A stretch of DNA of 64,000 bases, taken from contig JBBRSP010000004.1 of assembly GCA_038245295.1 (NCBI GenBank), positions 128,001 through 192,000 of the forward strand, written 5' to 3'. A program made the position numbers and the translations under genes. This stretch comes from Candidatus Binatia bacterium (GTDB taxonomy: Bacteria; Desulfobacterota; Binatia; HRBIN30). Of this stretch, positions 9,936 through 19,056 are shown in pieces (the stretch's first letter is position 1; every line of letters starts with the position of its first letter). The notes beneath the pieces are model-generated. The model searched no databases. It saw nothing but the letters and a program-made list of their open reading frames with translations, and was not told where the DNA came from.

Positions 9936-10817
9936 CTACCCAACCAGATCAGCGAGGCGATTCACCTCATCCGCATCCGATGTCGTCGGCACCAGGATCA
10001 GCTCGTCGGTACCGATGTCGGCGAGTTGGCGCATCGTCTCGCGCAGATTCGCGGCGGAGTCGCATTTCACCTTCGGCGCCATCTGTTCGGGAACACCTTC
10101 GCCCAGGAACGCCAGATAGCGCCCCAGATAGGTTTCGATCTCCGACCGCGCATTCTTGCGAAGGTTGAACCAGCAGCTCGTTACCAGGCGCGGCGCCTTG
10201 CCGCGGCCACAGTCCTTCCACGCTTGCCGCGCCGTCTGGAAGGCGAAGTCGACTTCCATCTTCGATGGTCCGAAGCTGAAGCCGCAGATGCCGTCGGCGT
10301 AGCGCGCCGCGCGTGTGATCGAATCACCGGCGAGCGCGCCGACCAGGATCTCCGGTCCGTTCGGCTGCATCGGAAAGGGCTCGATTGGCCGCGTCGCCCC
10401 CGGCACCACGATCTCCCCACGCCACGCACGCCGCATGAGGTCCACCGACGACTCCATACGTCGCATGCGACGCCGATCAAACGGTGACTCCGCCGCCTGG
10501 AAATCATCGACGCGCGCGCCGACACCGACACCGAGGCTGACGCGGCCGCCGGAGATTACGTCGAGAGTAGCGATCTGCTTGGCCATCATCGCCGGCCGGT
10601 GCATCGGCAGAACAATCACCGTCGCGGCGATGCGCACCCGCGTGGTTACCGCCGCCGCCGCCGACAACGTGACCATGATCTCCGGGTTGGGAAAATTGAT
10701 ACGCTCGCCGGCGGCGAGGCTGGAGAATGGCCCGGCATCGATGCGACGCGACCAGTCGAGAATCATGTCGCGATCGAGCCCGGGCACCATCACCGGCAGG
10801 TTGAGCCCGACTTCCAT
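9936..10817 (-). CDS. LLM-class flavin-dependent oxidoreductase
   Basis: Motifs GPFSSLAAGER and AKQIATLDVISGGRVSLGVGVG. Confidence 0.9.
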   Translation of the reverse strand: MEVGLNLPVMVPGLDRDMILDWSRRIDAGPFSSLAAGERINFPNPEIMVTLSAAAAVTTRVRIAATVIVLPMHRPAMMAKQIATLDVISGGRVSLGVGVGARVDDFQAAESPFDRRRMRRMESSVDLMRRAWRGEIVVPGATRPIEPFPMQPNGPEILVGALAGDSITRAARYADGICGFSFGPSKMEVDFAFQTARQAWKDCGRGKAPRLVTSCWFNLRKNARSEIETYLGRYLAFLGEGVPEQMAPKVKCDSAANLRETMRQLADIGTDELILVPTTSDADEVNRLADLVG

Positions 10818-10832
10818 TGGATCGAGCGACGC

Positions 10833-11189
10833 CTAGCGCAGGGACAAGAGCTCCACCTCAAAGAGGAGCGTCGCGTTAGGCGGGATCACACCGCCGGCGC
10901 CACGTGCACCGTAACCGAGGTCGGGCGGGATAATTAGCGAACGCTTGCCGCCGATTTTGAGGCCGGCAACACCTTCGTCCCAGCCACGGATCACCTGACC
11001 GGCACCGAGCTTGAAGGAGAAAGGACTCTTGCGATCGTGTGAGCTGTCGAACTTGGCGCCCTTGGCGCCGTTCACCCACAACCAACCGGTGTAGTGCATG
11101 ACGCAGGTTTGTCCCGCCTTGGCTTCGGCGCCATCGCCTGGCGCGGTGTCTTCGAATTGCAAACCACTAGCCGTTTTAGTCATCGCCAT
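10833..11189 (-). CDS. FKBP-type peptidyl-prolyl cis-trans isomerase
   Basis: Motifs HYTGWL, KFDSS, VIRGWDEG and GYGARGAGGVIPPNATLLFEVEL. Confidence 0.96.
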   Translation of the reverse strand: MAMTKTASGLQFEDTAPGDGAEAKAGQTCVMHYTGWLWVNGAKGAKFDSSHDRKSPFSFKLGAGQVIRGWDEGVAGLKIGGKRSLIIPPDLGYGARGAGGVIPPNATLLFEVELLSLR

Positions 11190-11308
11190 GGCGCAGTCTT
11201 ATAGCCAAGATCCAGGCTCGTGCTCTACTTTGACCAAACAATCTCCCGGCCAAAGCACGGCCCAGAGCGAAGAGCCGTAGGACGATGCCCCGGCGGGCAC
11301 AGCGGGGT

Positions 11309-12089
11309 TCAAGGCGTCGCGACGAGACTTACGCTGACCGATCCGTCGGTTCCAACCACGTTGCCGAGCCGGGTTCCGTCGGGACCAAAGGCGAGAGTCG
11401 TGCTGTTGGTGATGGCGTACGTTTCAGGGAGAGCCGATGGGACAATGGCAAAGGTGCAACTGTAGAGCGCTCCGTCGGGGATCGCGGTGGTACTCGCGGT
11501 CGACGAGACGAAGATTCTCAATGTCTTCTTTGACGCGTCGTCTTGCAACACACTTACGAGCAGGGACTTTCCGATGGTCGGGTTCACCTGGCAACCGCTC
11601 GGGTCGAGGTTGAGCACCGAGGGATCGAAGCTGATGTCGTTGGCGGTTGCGGCAACGTGTGCTCCGGATGTGACCAACAACACCGGCACGGCGACCTAGT
11701 CGCCTGGCCTGCCGGTCCTCGATCCGACATCGATACCAATGATGTTCCGCATGGGGGTAGGCGTGGGTGTCGGTGTCGAAGGGCCTTCGCGTCGACGGTG
11801 TCTCGTAGACTACCGTGGAGACCGGGGTAGCCGAGTTGTTGTAGCAGGTGCGGGTACAGTAGACATTGCAGTCGGAATAATAGTCGCAGTACGTGTCGTA
11901 GTCGCACGTCGTGGTGCAGCAGCTCTGGTGCGTGACGTTCCCGGTGTAATCTTGGTAACACTCCGTGTAGCTGCTGGTGCTCCGGTCATCGCACGACGGA
12001 AGCAAGAGCAGCGCGAGCGACCCCAGAATCCGCAGAGCATGCTTTCGGAGGAACGTAATACGAAATTCAACCTCAAGACCGGGCCGCAT
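11309..12089 (-). pseudogene. Disrupted lipoprotein: Cys/Tyr-rich N-domain, TP linker and cohesin-like domain
   Basis: Lipobox LLPSC and a Cys-rich stretch in one frame. After a frameshift near 11780 it reads STPTPTPTPMRNIIGIDVGSRTGRPGD, TAG (11696-11698), then VAVPVLLVTSG...NDISFDP...IPDGALYSCTF. Confidence 0.7.
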
Positions 12090-12341
12090 GGGCGCCGCAA
12101 GCAGCCTTGGGCGGGCGACGTCTGACGACAAGGATTCAATCGCGGCGTTTGCATCACGGGCTGACGCGAACAGCCAAGCCTCTGTCTTCCAACTACAATC
12201 ATGCCGGCAGGCTGCTTGATTTGCACGAGGGGGTGAGAGCGTCGCTTCGCCGTTTCGGCACTAGAAATCCTGCAACCATTGGGCACACCTCCCGATTCCC
12301 TGCCACGTGACCTACGACCCGCACTCGACTACAGAGCACCG

Positions 12342-13265
12342 GTGCAGTCGATCATCGCGATCAAGAATCTCAACAAGACCTACGCCTCCGGCTTTCAGGC
12401 GCTCAAGAATATCAATCTCGAGATCTATCGCGGCGAGATCTTTGCTCTGCTTGGGCCGAACGGCGCCGGCAAGACGACGCTGATCGGCGTGATCTGCGGC
12501 ACGGTAAACCCAACCACTGGTGTCGTCGTTGCCGACGGACATGACATCCAGTCGGACTTCCGCGCCTCACGAAGCAAGATCGGCCTGGTGCCTCAGGAGC
12601 TGTCGACCGACGCCTTCGAAACCGTTTGGTCGACGGTGAAGTTCAGTCGCGGCCTGTTCGGCAAAGCCCCGAACGCGGCGCATCTCGAGAAAGTACTGCG
12701 CGACCTTTCCTTGTGGGACAAGAAGGACGCGAAGATCATGACGCTGTCCGGCGGTATGAAGCGGCGCGTGATGATCGCCAAGGCGTTGTCGCACGAGCCG
12801 CAGATCCTGTTTCTCGACGAGCCGACGGCCGGCGTCGACGTCGAGCTGCGGCGTGACATGTGGGAGATGGTGCGCCATCTGCGCGAAAGCGGCGTAACGA
12901 TCATTCTAACGACACATTACATTGAAGAAGCCGAAGAGATGGCCGATCGCATCGGCGTGATCAGCAAAGGTGAGATCATCCTCGTGGAAGACAAGACGGC
13001 GCTGATGGAGAAGCTCGGCAAGAAGCAACTGACCCTGCTGCTCAAGACTCCGCTGAGACGTATCCCCGACGACCTCGCCGGTTATCCACTCGAGCTGGCA
13101 CCGGACGGAACACAACTCGTCTACACCTTCGACTCGCAGCGCCAGCAGACCGGGATCGCCGATCTACTGCGGCAGCTTGGCGAGCATGGCATCGACTTCA
13201 AGGACTTGCAGTCGAGCCAGAGCTCGCTCGAAGATATCTTCGTCAGCCTGGTGAGCGACCGATGA
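12342..13265 (+). CDS. ABC-2 type transporter ATP-binding protein (YadG-like)
   Basis: Motifs [17 protein letters not shown] and LFLDEPT; probable GTG start. Confidence 0.92.
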   Translation: MQSIIAIKNLNKTYASGFQALKNINLEIYRGEIFALLGPNGAGKTTLIGVICGTVNPTTGVVVADGHDIQSDFRASRSKIGLVPQELSTDAFETVWSTVKFSRGLFGKAPNAAHLEKVLRDLSLWDKKDAKIMTLSGGMKRRVMIAKALSHEPQILFLDEPTAGVDVELRRDMWEMVRHLRESGVTIILTTHYIEEAEEMADRIGVISKGEIILVEDKTALMEKLGKKQLTLLLKTPLRRIPDDLAGYPLELAPDGTQLVYTFDSQRQQTGIADLLRQLGEHGIDFKDLQSSQSSLEDIFVSLVSDR

Positions 13266-14026
13266 TCAACCTCTATGCCGTCCGCGCCATCTACCTGTTC
13301 GAGATGCACCGCACGTGGCGCACATTCTTCCAGAGCATCGCCTCACCGGTGTTGTCGACGTCGCTCTACTTCGTCGTCTTCGGCTCGGCCATCGGCTCGC
13401 GTATGGGCGCCATCGACGGCGTCAGCTACGGCGCCTTCATCGTACCCGGGCTGATCATGTTGTCGCTGCTCACCGAGAGTGTCTCCAACGCTTCATTCGG
13501 CATCTACATGCCGAAGTTTTCGGGAACGATATATGAAGTCCTGTCAGCACCGATCTCGTTCATCGAGGTCGTGCTCGGTTATGTCGGCGCGGCCGCGAGC
13601 AAGTCGATCATCCTGGGCTTTCTCATTCTCGCCACAGCCCGCCTCTTCGTGCCTTTCGGCATCGCGCACCCGTTGTGGATGTTGTGTTTCCTGATGCTGA
13701 CGGCAGTGACCTTCAGCATGTTCGGCTTCATCATCGGCGTGTGGGCCGACGGCTTCGAGAAACTGCAGATCGTACCGATGATGGTGATCACACCGCTGAC
13801 CTTCCTCGGCGGCAGCTTCTATTCGATCAACATGCTGCCGCCGTTTTGGCAGAAGGTCGCCCTGTTCAACCCGGTCGTCTACCTGATCAGCGGCTTCCGC
13901 TGGAGCTTCTACGGCATCTCGGACGTCGGCGTCGGCATCAGCGTCTCGATGACCCTGGCCTTTCTTGCCGCTTGCCTCACGGCGATCTACTGGATCTTTC
14001 GGACTGGGTATCGGATCAAAGCGTAA
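13262..14026 (+). CDS. ABC-2 type transporter permease (YadH-like)
   Basis: Six hydrophobic segments; [11 protein letters not shown] and FNPVVY motifs; ATGA overlap with the ATPase gene. Confidence 0.92.
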   Translation: MINLYAVRAIYLFEMHRTWRTFFQSIASPVLSTSLYFVVFGSAIGSRMGAIDGVSYGAFIVPGLIMLSLLTESVSNASFGIYMPKFSGTIYEVLSAPISFIEVVLGYVGAAASKSIILGFLILATARLFVPFGIAHPLWMLCFLMLTAVTFSMFGFIIGVWADGFEKLQIVPMMVITPLTFLGGSFYSINMLPPFWQKVALFNPVVYLISGFRWSFYGISDVGVGISVSMTLAFLAACLTAIYWIFRTGYRIKA

Positions 14027-14229
14027 GGGAGACCATACGAAAACGTCGGTGCCGTGCCCGTGCCCGACCGAGCTCGGCACCGATGCCCGGAGGCACCACC
14101 CGTAACCAGGGCAACCTTGTGCTCCAATCCGCTCAGCATCGCGGCGGTTTATCACAGGAGTGGGCGAAAGCGGCAGGCTGGTGCATTTGGTGCATTCTCG
14201 GCGACTCACCAAGGGTGTAGACTGGATGA

Positions 14230-14394
14230 ATGTGGATTGCCTTGGTTCTCGTAGCAGTCGTAGTTGCTCTGGTTGCCGTCGTCGGGTTGCATCCGCGCGG
14301 TGGGAAACAGGTCGCCAACACACAGATGATGACGATGGCGCGAGTTGTCCTGGGAGTGGCGGCCGTGGTCATCCTCTACTTCGCCTATCGGTAA
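14230..14394 (+). CDS. Small two-TM membrane protein (54 aa, below the ORF-track cutoff)
   Basis: Read by hand: MWIALVLVAVVVALVAVVGLHPRGGKQVANTQMMTMARVVLGVAAVVILYFAYR*. Confidence 0.65.
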   Translation: MWIALVLVAVVVALVAVVGLHPRGGKQVANTQMMTMARVVLGVAAVVILYFAYR

Positions 14395-14621
14395 CCCCGC
14401 CTCTGACTGGCTTCGGGTTGCACCGGCTTTGCACACACCCATCGCTGTCGACCGGTCGCGGCGTCCGTGAGACATCCTCTTCTGTCTCATTTGATCCAGT
14501 GGTGGGCAGTGGCTGAGGCATCCATCCCAAAAGCGTCGGTACTCGGTCTGCCATCCAGATGGTGATCGTTGTGGCAAGCCTCTTGCGGTAGCCGTCTGAC
14601 GTCGGGGAGGGCACGACGCGG

Positions 14622-15008
14622 ATGGCGGCTAAATCGATCGACAGTCTTGCGACTACCGTACTATCAGCCGCAGCAACATGCGGCGCCTACATTGTGATCA
14701 CCCACTTGGATGAAGGTCCGATCGACGACGGCAAAGGGTGGTCGCTCAACACGCTTCTCGATGCAGAGGATGTCCTGTCCGGACGGCGTCTCAAAAGGCC
14801 GGCGCCGGTGCCGGTCGGCGCATCGGTTGTGTGCCCCGGCATCCCCGATTGCGCACCACCGACGGCAGTGCGGCGCGCCCTACTGGGTAGCACCGGCGCC
14901 ATTCTCGGGGAGCACAACGGCCATTCCACAGACGAGATTCGGCCGCGTCCAATGCTCGTATTCGAGGCAGAGCCGCTCGACTTCCTCCCGGCCCGCGACG
15001 CCGCCTGA
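14622..15008 (+). CDS. Hypothetical protein
   Basis: 128-aa ORF with GGGAGGG upstream, in otherwise empty space; no motif recognised. Confidence 0.4.
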   Translation: MAAKSIDSLATTVLSAAATCGAYIVITHLDEGPIDDGKGWSLNTLLDAEDVLSGRRLKRPAPVPVGASVVCPGIPDCAPPTAVRRALLGSTGAILGEHNGHSTDEIRPRPMLVFEAEPLDFLPARDAA

Positions 15009-15165
15009 CTGGGGACCGCCGGACGACGACAGATCCCTTTCACGGATCCGGCGGTCTCCCATAGGTCAGGGGGGCGATGGTCGCGTCGTTCTACGCCGTG
15101 TCCCTGCTGATCTCCGCGTCGATCCTCCTCGTCCACCCGAGAGTCAGGCGCCGCGTGGCGCTGAG

Positions 15166-16782
15166 CTAGGTCGCCATACCAAGGGCTCGCAAGGCAACCT
15201 CTTTCGTCCGCTTGAAATCGGCCTTGCCCGACGGCGAGCGGTAGACGTCGTCGACGAAGACGACATGTTTGGGCGCCTTGTAACTCGCGAGGTGTTCTTT
15301 CACGTAAGCCCTAATGGTATCGCCAGCCAGTGTCGCTCCGGTGGTCGACACGACTGCCGTGATGGCTTCGCCGAAGCGCTCGTCTGGGACACCAACGACG
15401 ACAACATCCTTCACGCCGTCGACACGCTTGATCACTTCTTCGACCTCTTCCGGGAAAACTTTTTCTCCACCCGTGTTGATGCACACCGAGCCGCGACCGA
15501 GCAGGGTTAGCGTCGTACCGTCGTCATTCACGACGGCCCAGTCGCCTGGCACGGAGAAGCGGCCTTCGGTCGTGCTGACAAAAGTCTTGGCGCTCTTGTC
15601 GGGATCCTTGTAGTAGCCGACCGGCTGCGCCCCGCCGACACCCACGAGACCCTTGGTGCCCGGTTGCACGTCGAGCAGCTGCAGGTGTTCATCGAAGAGT
15701 CGCGTCTTCTCGCTCAATTGAAACTTCGCCGTCGATACCGCCCCGGCCGCCGTGGTGACCGAGATGCCCATGCCAACCGCTTCCGACGAGCTGAACGCAT
15801 CGACCATCATTGCCTGTGGCAAGTAGCGCAGCAGCGCTTGTTTGGTCTCCTGGCTCCACATCACCCCAGACGACGCGATCATCATCACCGACGACAGGTC
15901 CCACTCCCCGTCCCTGCCCTCGATGGCGCGCAGCATCGGCTTGGCGAACGAGTCGCCGACGATGGTCAGCGACGTCGGACGGGTTCGGTGCACGGTGCCC
16001 CAGAACTGCGCCGCGTCGAACTTCTTCGGATCGTCGGTAAGGACGACGGCACCGCCGGTCATCCACGCGATCATCGCCGTGAACCAACCGGTGCCGTGCA
16101 TGAGTGGCGGGCCGATCAGCGTCCGCAGCCGCATCGGCGGCTCCTTCACGTAGTTATCGAAACCTTCCTTGTCGGCTGGGGCCGGCCCAAGGCCGCCGCC
16201 GGCGAAGCGGTAGTACAGATCATCCTGGCGCCACATCACACCCTTCGGCATGCCGGTCGTACCGCCGGTGTAGAGGAACATCATATCGTCGCCGCTGCGT
16301 CGGACGTTCGGCACCGGCCGATCGTGTTCGGCAACAGTTTCGTAGTCGTGGGCGTCATCACTGGCCTGGGTGGGTCGCACATCATCGCCAACCACCAGGA
16401 CGCCACGAATCAGCGGCAGGTCGCCCAGGACGCGTTGGAGGATCGGCAGAAACTCCTCGTGCACGACGACGATCTCCGCGTCGGCATTCTCCAGGAGGTA
16501 TCTGACTTCATCCTCGCGGTAACGATAGTTCACATTGACCGGTACCAGGCCGGCTTTGAACGCGGCGTACACACCTTCCATGTAGGCCGGGTGATTGTAG
16601 GTGTAGAGAGCCACTTTGCCCTGGTGCTGCGCCCCACGTTCAAGCATCCACGCGGCGACATTGCGGGCCCGGCGTTCGACCTGACTCCAAGTGACGGTGC
16701 GGTCGCCTTGGATCAGGGATTCGGTGTCCCCCCGCAACTCGGCCACACGATCCAGGCAATCGCACAGATTCCACGCCATCAT
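15166..16782 (-). CDS. Acyl-CoA synthetase (FadD19-like ANL family)
   Basis: Motifs YTGGTTGMPKGVMW, PPLMHGTG and LLGRGSVCINTGGEKVFPEEVE; AAGGAG upstream. Confidence 0.92.
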   Translation of the reverse strand: MMAWNLCDCLDRVAELRGDTESLIQGDRTVTWSQVERRARNVAAWMLERGAQHQGKVALYTYNHPAYMEGVYAAFKAGLVPVNVNYRYREDEVRYLLENADAEIVVVHEEFLPILQRVLGDLPLIRGVLVVGDDVRPTQASDDAHDYETVAEHDRPVPNVRRSGDDMMFLYTGGTTGMPKGVMWRQDDLYYRFAGGGLGPAPADKEGFDNYVKEPPMRLRTLIGPPLMHGTGWFTAMIAWMTGGAVVLTDDPKKFDAAQFWGTVHRTRPTSLTIVGDSFAKPMLRAIEGRDGEWDLSSVMMIASSGVMWSQETKQALLRYLPQAMMVDAFSSSEAVGMGISVTTAAGAVSTAKFQLSEKTRLFDEHLQLLDVQPGTKGLVGVGGAQPVGYYKDPDKSAKTFVSTTEGRFSVPGDWAVVNDDGTTLTLLGRGSVCINTGGEKVFPEEVEEVIKRVDGVKDVVVVGVPDERFGEAITAVVSTTGATLAGDTIRAYVKEHLASYKAPKHVVFVDDVYRSPSGKADFKRTKEVALRALGMAT

Positions 16783-17046
16783 GACTCTCCTTCGGACGGA
16801 CTCGTGCCGAAACGCACGCCGCTGCGGCTACCACTTGAGGTCCGGCGGTTCAACCGCCAGCAGGCACCGCCACCAGGCAGAGCACACCTGATGTCGAGGG
16901 ATCAACACTGGGCAACCGGGTCGACCCATCTGGCTTATGGAAAGATGAGAAAATGATGTGGTATGCATCGACGCGCTTGATTGATCCTTTCGAACCAAGC
17001 AGATAGAGACAACACGGCAAATTCAGCGACAGGGGAGTTGTGATTC

Positions 17047-18468
17047 ATGGCAACGGTGATCACTTCCGAGTGCATCAACTGCGGAGCATGCGAGCCCGAG
17101 TGTCCCAACACAGCCATCTACCAGGGTGGCGTCGAGTGGGACTTCAACGGCGCTAAACATGCGGCGCTGTCGAACGACATCTTCTTCATTGTGCCCGAGA
17201 AATGCACCGAGTGCGTCGGCTTCTTCGATCAGGAAGCGTGTGCCGTCGTCTGCCCGGTTGATTGCTGCGTGCCCGACCCAGCGCGGCCAGAGACTGAGGC
17301 GGCACTGCTGCAGCGCGCCGGGGAACTGCACCCTGACAAATCATTCGGTGCCGACGCGCCGTCACGATTCAAGAAGGAAGGTGGCGGTGCCACCGCAGCT
17401 GCTCCTGCCGCCGCGCCGGTCGCTGCTGGCCCGGTTGGCGCTCAGCCCGCCGCGGCCCCTGCCTCCGCCTCATCTCCCGCGGTGGCACCCGCTCCGGCCG
17501 CTGCAAAAGCCGCTCCGGCGCCGGTCGCGGGTGGACGTGTCGAGAAGCCGCTCAGTCCGCCGAGGGCCAAACCGCAGATCCAAGTGACACCGATGCGTGA
17601 GAAGACGCAGGCCGGCGAGCTGCCAGGCAGCTTCGAAGCGGTCTTGGCGCAACTCGGCAACAAGCGGCGCTCGCGCTCAGGTTTTTTCAAGTGGATTATG
17701 CTCATGGCGCAGCCGCTGCTCGGCGCCCTGCCGTTTTCCCAGAAGCAGGCACTCGAGACGTACGTCGGCGATCCGCGCTTCTTCAGCGCCGCGGGCGCTA
17801 CCGGGTTCAACGCCCTGCACAACGTGATCATCTACCCGATCGTCCTTCTGGCTCTCACAGCCGCATCGGGTGCCAGCCTGTTCAGCAAGAACACCGGCTC
17901 GATCATCTTCTACGGCATCGCCATCGCCATCCTCGAATCCATGTGGCGCATGCGCGAAGGGTTCATCGGCGGCGCCGCCGCAGACCAGATTGCCTATCGC
18001 GGCACCTGGTATGGGCTGCTCTTGAGCCCGGCATTTGTCGGTGTCACCCGCCGCATCTCACGTGGCAGCCAACAGGGCAGCGTCGCTTTTGACGGCTTCC
18101 AGACGGGAACAACATTCGAACGCAAGAGCGAACGCGAACGTCGCTACGGCGAGATGTACACCGTCGAAGACAAGGGTGGCGGGTATCTGTTCCGGCTCGA
18201 GTTCCCTAGTGAAGTGCCGCGCTCCGCTCTCAAGGAAGACATGGGTATCCCCGACCAGATGCCGGGTTACGACTACACAGTGAAGGCGCAGGGCACGACG
18301 CTGACGATCACCGGCCACATCGTCGACGAGGCGGTTCGCAAGCTGGCGGCGGTGTCGACGGCGTTCCCGCCCGACTTTACGACAGTCGTCGAGTTGCCCG
18401 AGGCCGTTGCCGGATTCAAGCACCGCATCCGCGACCGTATCCTCGAAGTCGTGCTCGTGAAGCGCTGA
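17047..18468 (+). CDS. YfhL-type 2[4Fe-4S] ferredoxin fused to an Ala/Pro linker, a membrane domain and an Hsp20-like C-terminal domain
   Basis: CINCGACEPECP and CTECVGFFDQEACAVVCPVDCC; AP-rich linker; 3-4 hydrophobic helices; C-terminal YLFRLEFP...TLTITG...ELPEAV...ILEVVLVKR. Confidence 0.8.
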   Translation: MATVITSECINCGACEPECPNTAIYQGGVEWDFNGAKHAALSNDIFFIVPEKCTECVGFFDQEACAVVCPVDCCVPDPARPETEAALLQRAGELHPDKSFGADAPSRFKKEGGGATAAAPAAAPVAAGPVGAQPAAAPASASSPAVAPAPAAAKAAPAPVAGGRVEKPLSPPRAKPQIQVTPMREKTQAGELPGSFEAVLAQLGNKRRSRSGFFKWIMLMAQPLLGALPFSQKQALETYVGDPRFFSAAGATGFNALHNVIIYPIVLLALTAASGASLFSKNTGSIIFYGIAIAILESMWRMREGFIGGAAADQIAYRGTWYGLLLSPAFVGVTRRISRGSQQGSVAFDGFQTGTTFERKSERERRYGEMYTVEDKGGGYLFRLEFPSEVPRSALKEDMGIPDQMPGYDYTVKAQGTTLTITGHIVDEAVRKLAAVSTAFPPDFTTVVELPEAVAGFKHRIRDRILEVVLVKR

Positions 18469-18514
18469 GGCGCGTCCTCCGCCGGACTGCCTGCGTGTCC
18501 GGGAAGAGTAGTGC

Positions 18515-18973
18515 ATGAGCGCAGGAATCCATTTCGCACCAATGCGGGTGCAGGACCTCGACCCGGTCATGGAGATCGAGAGGCTGTGCTTTCCGGACCC
18601 ATGGACTCCGGGCTTGTTCTTGCACGAGCTCAAACTGCCGTTCTCGACGACGATGCTGGCCCGCCAAGGGACCCAAGGAACGATCTGGGGTTACGTCTGC
18701 TGGTGGTTCGTGGCCGGCGAAGTACATCTGCTGAACATCGCCGTGCACCCAGATCGCCAGGGTACGGGCCTCGGTAAGGCACTGCTGCAATTGGTCTTCG
18801 ACGATGCGACCACCAAACGTGCCGAAAGCGTCACGTTGGAGGTGCGCGCCGATAATCAGCGCGCCATCACCATGTACGAAAAGCTCGGATTCGAGCATCG
18901 CGGCTTGCGGCGCCATTACTACGGGCGCGGTGAACACGCGGTGATCATGACCCGCCTACTCCGCGCGCCTTGA
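18515..18973 (+). CDS. rimI: Ribosomal protein S18 alanine N-acetyltransferase
   Basis: Motifs FPDPW, EVHLLNIAVHP, QGTGLG, LEVRADN and RRHYY. Confidence 0.9.
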   Translation: MSAGIHFAPMRVQDLDPVMEIERLCFPDPWTPGLFLHELKLPFSTTMLARQGTQGTIWGYVCWWFVAGEVHLLNIAVHPDRQGTGLGKALLQLVFDDATTKRAESVTLEVRADNQRAITMYEKLGFEHRGLRRHYYGRGEHAVIMTRLLRAP

Positions 18974-19056
18974 CTCATCGGGAGGTGCTGGGTATTCGCA
19001 CAGAACTCCACGAAAGAACGGCGCAGCTCGAGGCGAGCCGCCGGGCCGATGGCAAG

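Noticed and set aside
14385..14435. Minus-strand GCAAAGCC...GCGGGGTTACCGAT resembling the 3' half of a c-di-GMP-I riboswitch
   Set aside because: No GNRA-capped first stem or tetraloop receptor, poor pairing, no credible downstream gene, and it overlaps the end of the 54-aa ORF. An Infernal search with the c-di-GMP-I model would settle it.
15664..16956. 430-aa ORF antisense to the acyl-CoA synthetase (likewise 19357-20421, 32114-33403 and 37498-38535)
   Set aside because: Shadow ORFs expected from high-GC codon bias opposite well-supported genes; no motifs.
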